DNA of 32,000 nucleotides from Geobacter sulfurreducens PCA (GTDB lineage: Bacteria > Desulfobacterota > Desulfuromonadia > Geobacterales > Geobacteraceae). Positions 31,437 to 32,000 of the stretch are shown here, piece after piece; the stretch's first letter is position 1, and each line of letters starts with the position of its first letter. The stretch spans positions 1,170,001 to 1,202,000 of the forward strand of contig NC_002939.5 of assembly GCF_000007985.2 (NCBI RefSeq). The letters run 5' to 3'. The translations under genes and the position numbers were made by a program. Below the pieces are notes generated by a model. That model searched no databases and had not been told where the DNA came from. It worked only from the letters and a program-made list of their open reading frames with translations.

Positions 31437-32000
31437 ATGCATCTGTCGCGTTGTCGAAAGTGCGGAAGAGTGATGAAGGGCGAGCGGATCGATCCGTACC
31501 GCGTCAAGCTGACCTGCTCGTGTGGCTTCTCCGACTTCCGCACAATGACCGAAAAGGTTAAGACCGTGAACCCTTTTTTCCAGAAGGGCGGCTTCAGCCC
31601 TCTGCTGGAAAGTGAGCGGGGAAAGATGGTCCTAACCATGCAGCGGGCCAACCGGGAGCACCTTGAGATTATTTCGTTGGAAGAGATCAGCATGCTCGTC
31701 TCTTCCGACTTTGATCTTCCCGAGGTGCTTCAGCATGTGACCGCCAAGGTGGCGACGCAGCTCAAGGTGAGCGTCTGCAATATCTACCTGCGCGAGGGAG
31801 ACGAGGTCGTTCTCGCAGCGACCCATGGCTTTGACCCTGCCTTCATCGGCAAGATCAGGATCAAAATCGGGGACGGAATAACGGGCTCCGTTGCCCGCGA
31901 TGGCCAGTACATCTCCCTGAGCCGTGCCTCCCAGGATCCCCGCTATCGCTATTTCCCCGAGCTCCAGGAGGAAAAGTACAACTCCATGCTCTCTTTTCCC
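31437..32000 (+). CDS. zinc-ribbon plus GAF domain protein, 3'-truncated by the window edge
   Basis: It is not in the ORF track because no stop falls in the window. AAGGAG lies 6 nt before the ATG, and 188 sense codons run to the end. N-terminal CRKCG...CSCG is followed by a GAF-like region (LPEVLQHVTAKVATQLKVSVCNIYL...GITGSVARDGQ). The antisense 192-aa ORF is rejected. Confidence 0.75.
   Translation, partial: MHLSRCRKCGRVMKGERIDPYRVKLTCSCGFSDFRTMTEKVKTVNPFFQKGGFSPLLESERGKMVLTMQRANREHLEIISLEEISMLVSSDFDLPEVLQHVTAKVATQLKVSVCNIYLREGDEVVLAATHGFDPAFIGKIRIKIGDGITGSVARDGQYISLSRASQDPRYRYFPELQEEKYNSMLSFP

Noticed and set aside
1-32000. Searched by eye for CRISPR arrays, tRNA/rRNA genes, IS elements, integrases, toxin-antitoxin pairs and known defence-system hallmarks.
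   Set aside because: Nothing of the kind was recognisable. The window reads as a core chromosomal region, so the novel-system candidates above are modest and rest on uncharacterised families and regulatory motifs rather than on an obvious accessory island.

Overview
This is a high-GC (about 60% by eye) bacterial chromosome segment. It is most consistent with a Geobacter/Geobacteraceae-type genome, based on a eukaryote-like citrate synthase and the gene content; that assignment is inference only. The window is mostly core and housekeeping genes. From left to right it contains: three chained paralogous zinc-ribbon hypothetical proteins; a phasin-like protein with a UbiB/ABC1 kinase; a DUF362 Fe-S protein; a protein of two degenerate receiver domains; a Tim44-like membrane protein; a minus-strand small ORF / alpha-beta hydrolase / GH3 amido-synthetase operon; a complete minus-strand Pho island (phoB-phoR, psiE-like, pstSCAB-phoU); an acyl-CoA synthetase; an M24 peptidase; gltA; AMMECR1; an aldehyde dehydrogenase; a small Ala-Pro-repeat lipoprotein; ndk; rlmN; MTA phosphorylase; a PfkB kinase; a TPR lipoprotein; a RodZ-like protein; and a 3'-truncated zinc-ribbon/GAF protein that is absent from the ORF track. 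I saw no rRNA, tRNA, CRISPR array, transposase or integrase. The many long ORFs antisense to these genes look like high-GC shadow ORFs. Five observations are worth following up. (1) The uncharacterised Zn-ribbon/PFW triad at 1-2261. (2) The small-ORF/hydrolase/GH3 operon directly downstream of phoU. (3) A conserved TGTAAC(A/C)-N9-TAT promoter architecture at all three Pho transcription units. (4) A near-identical 18-mer with an ATAC(A/T)GTAT palindromic core at gltA and the lipoprotein gene; the core also occurs in a third intergenic region. (5) The 420-bp phoB/acyl-CoA-synthetase intergenic region, which holds DnaA-box-like sites, a 9-bp-periodic repeat and a mini-ORF with a strong SD. None of these is proven to be a new system. 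All calls come from reading the sequence and recalling families, with no searches run.
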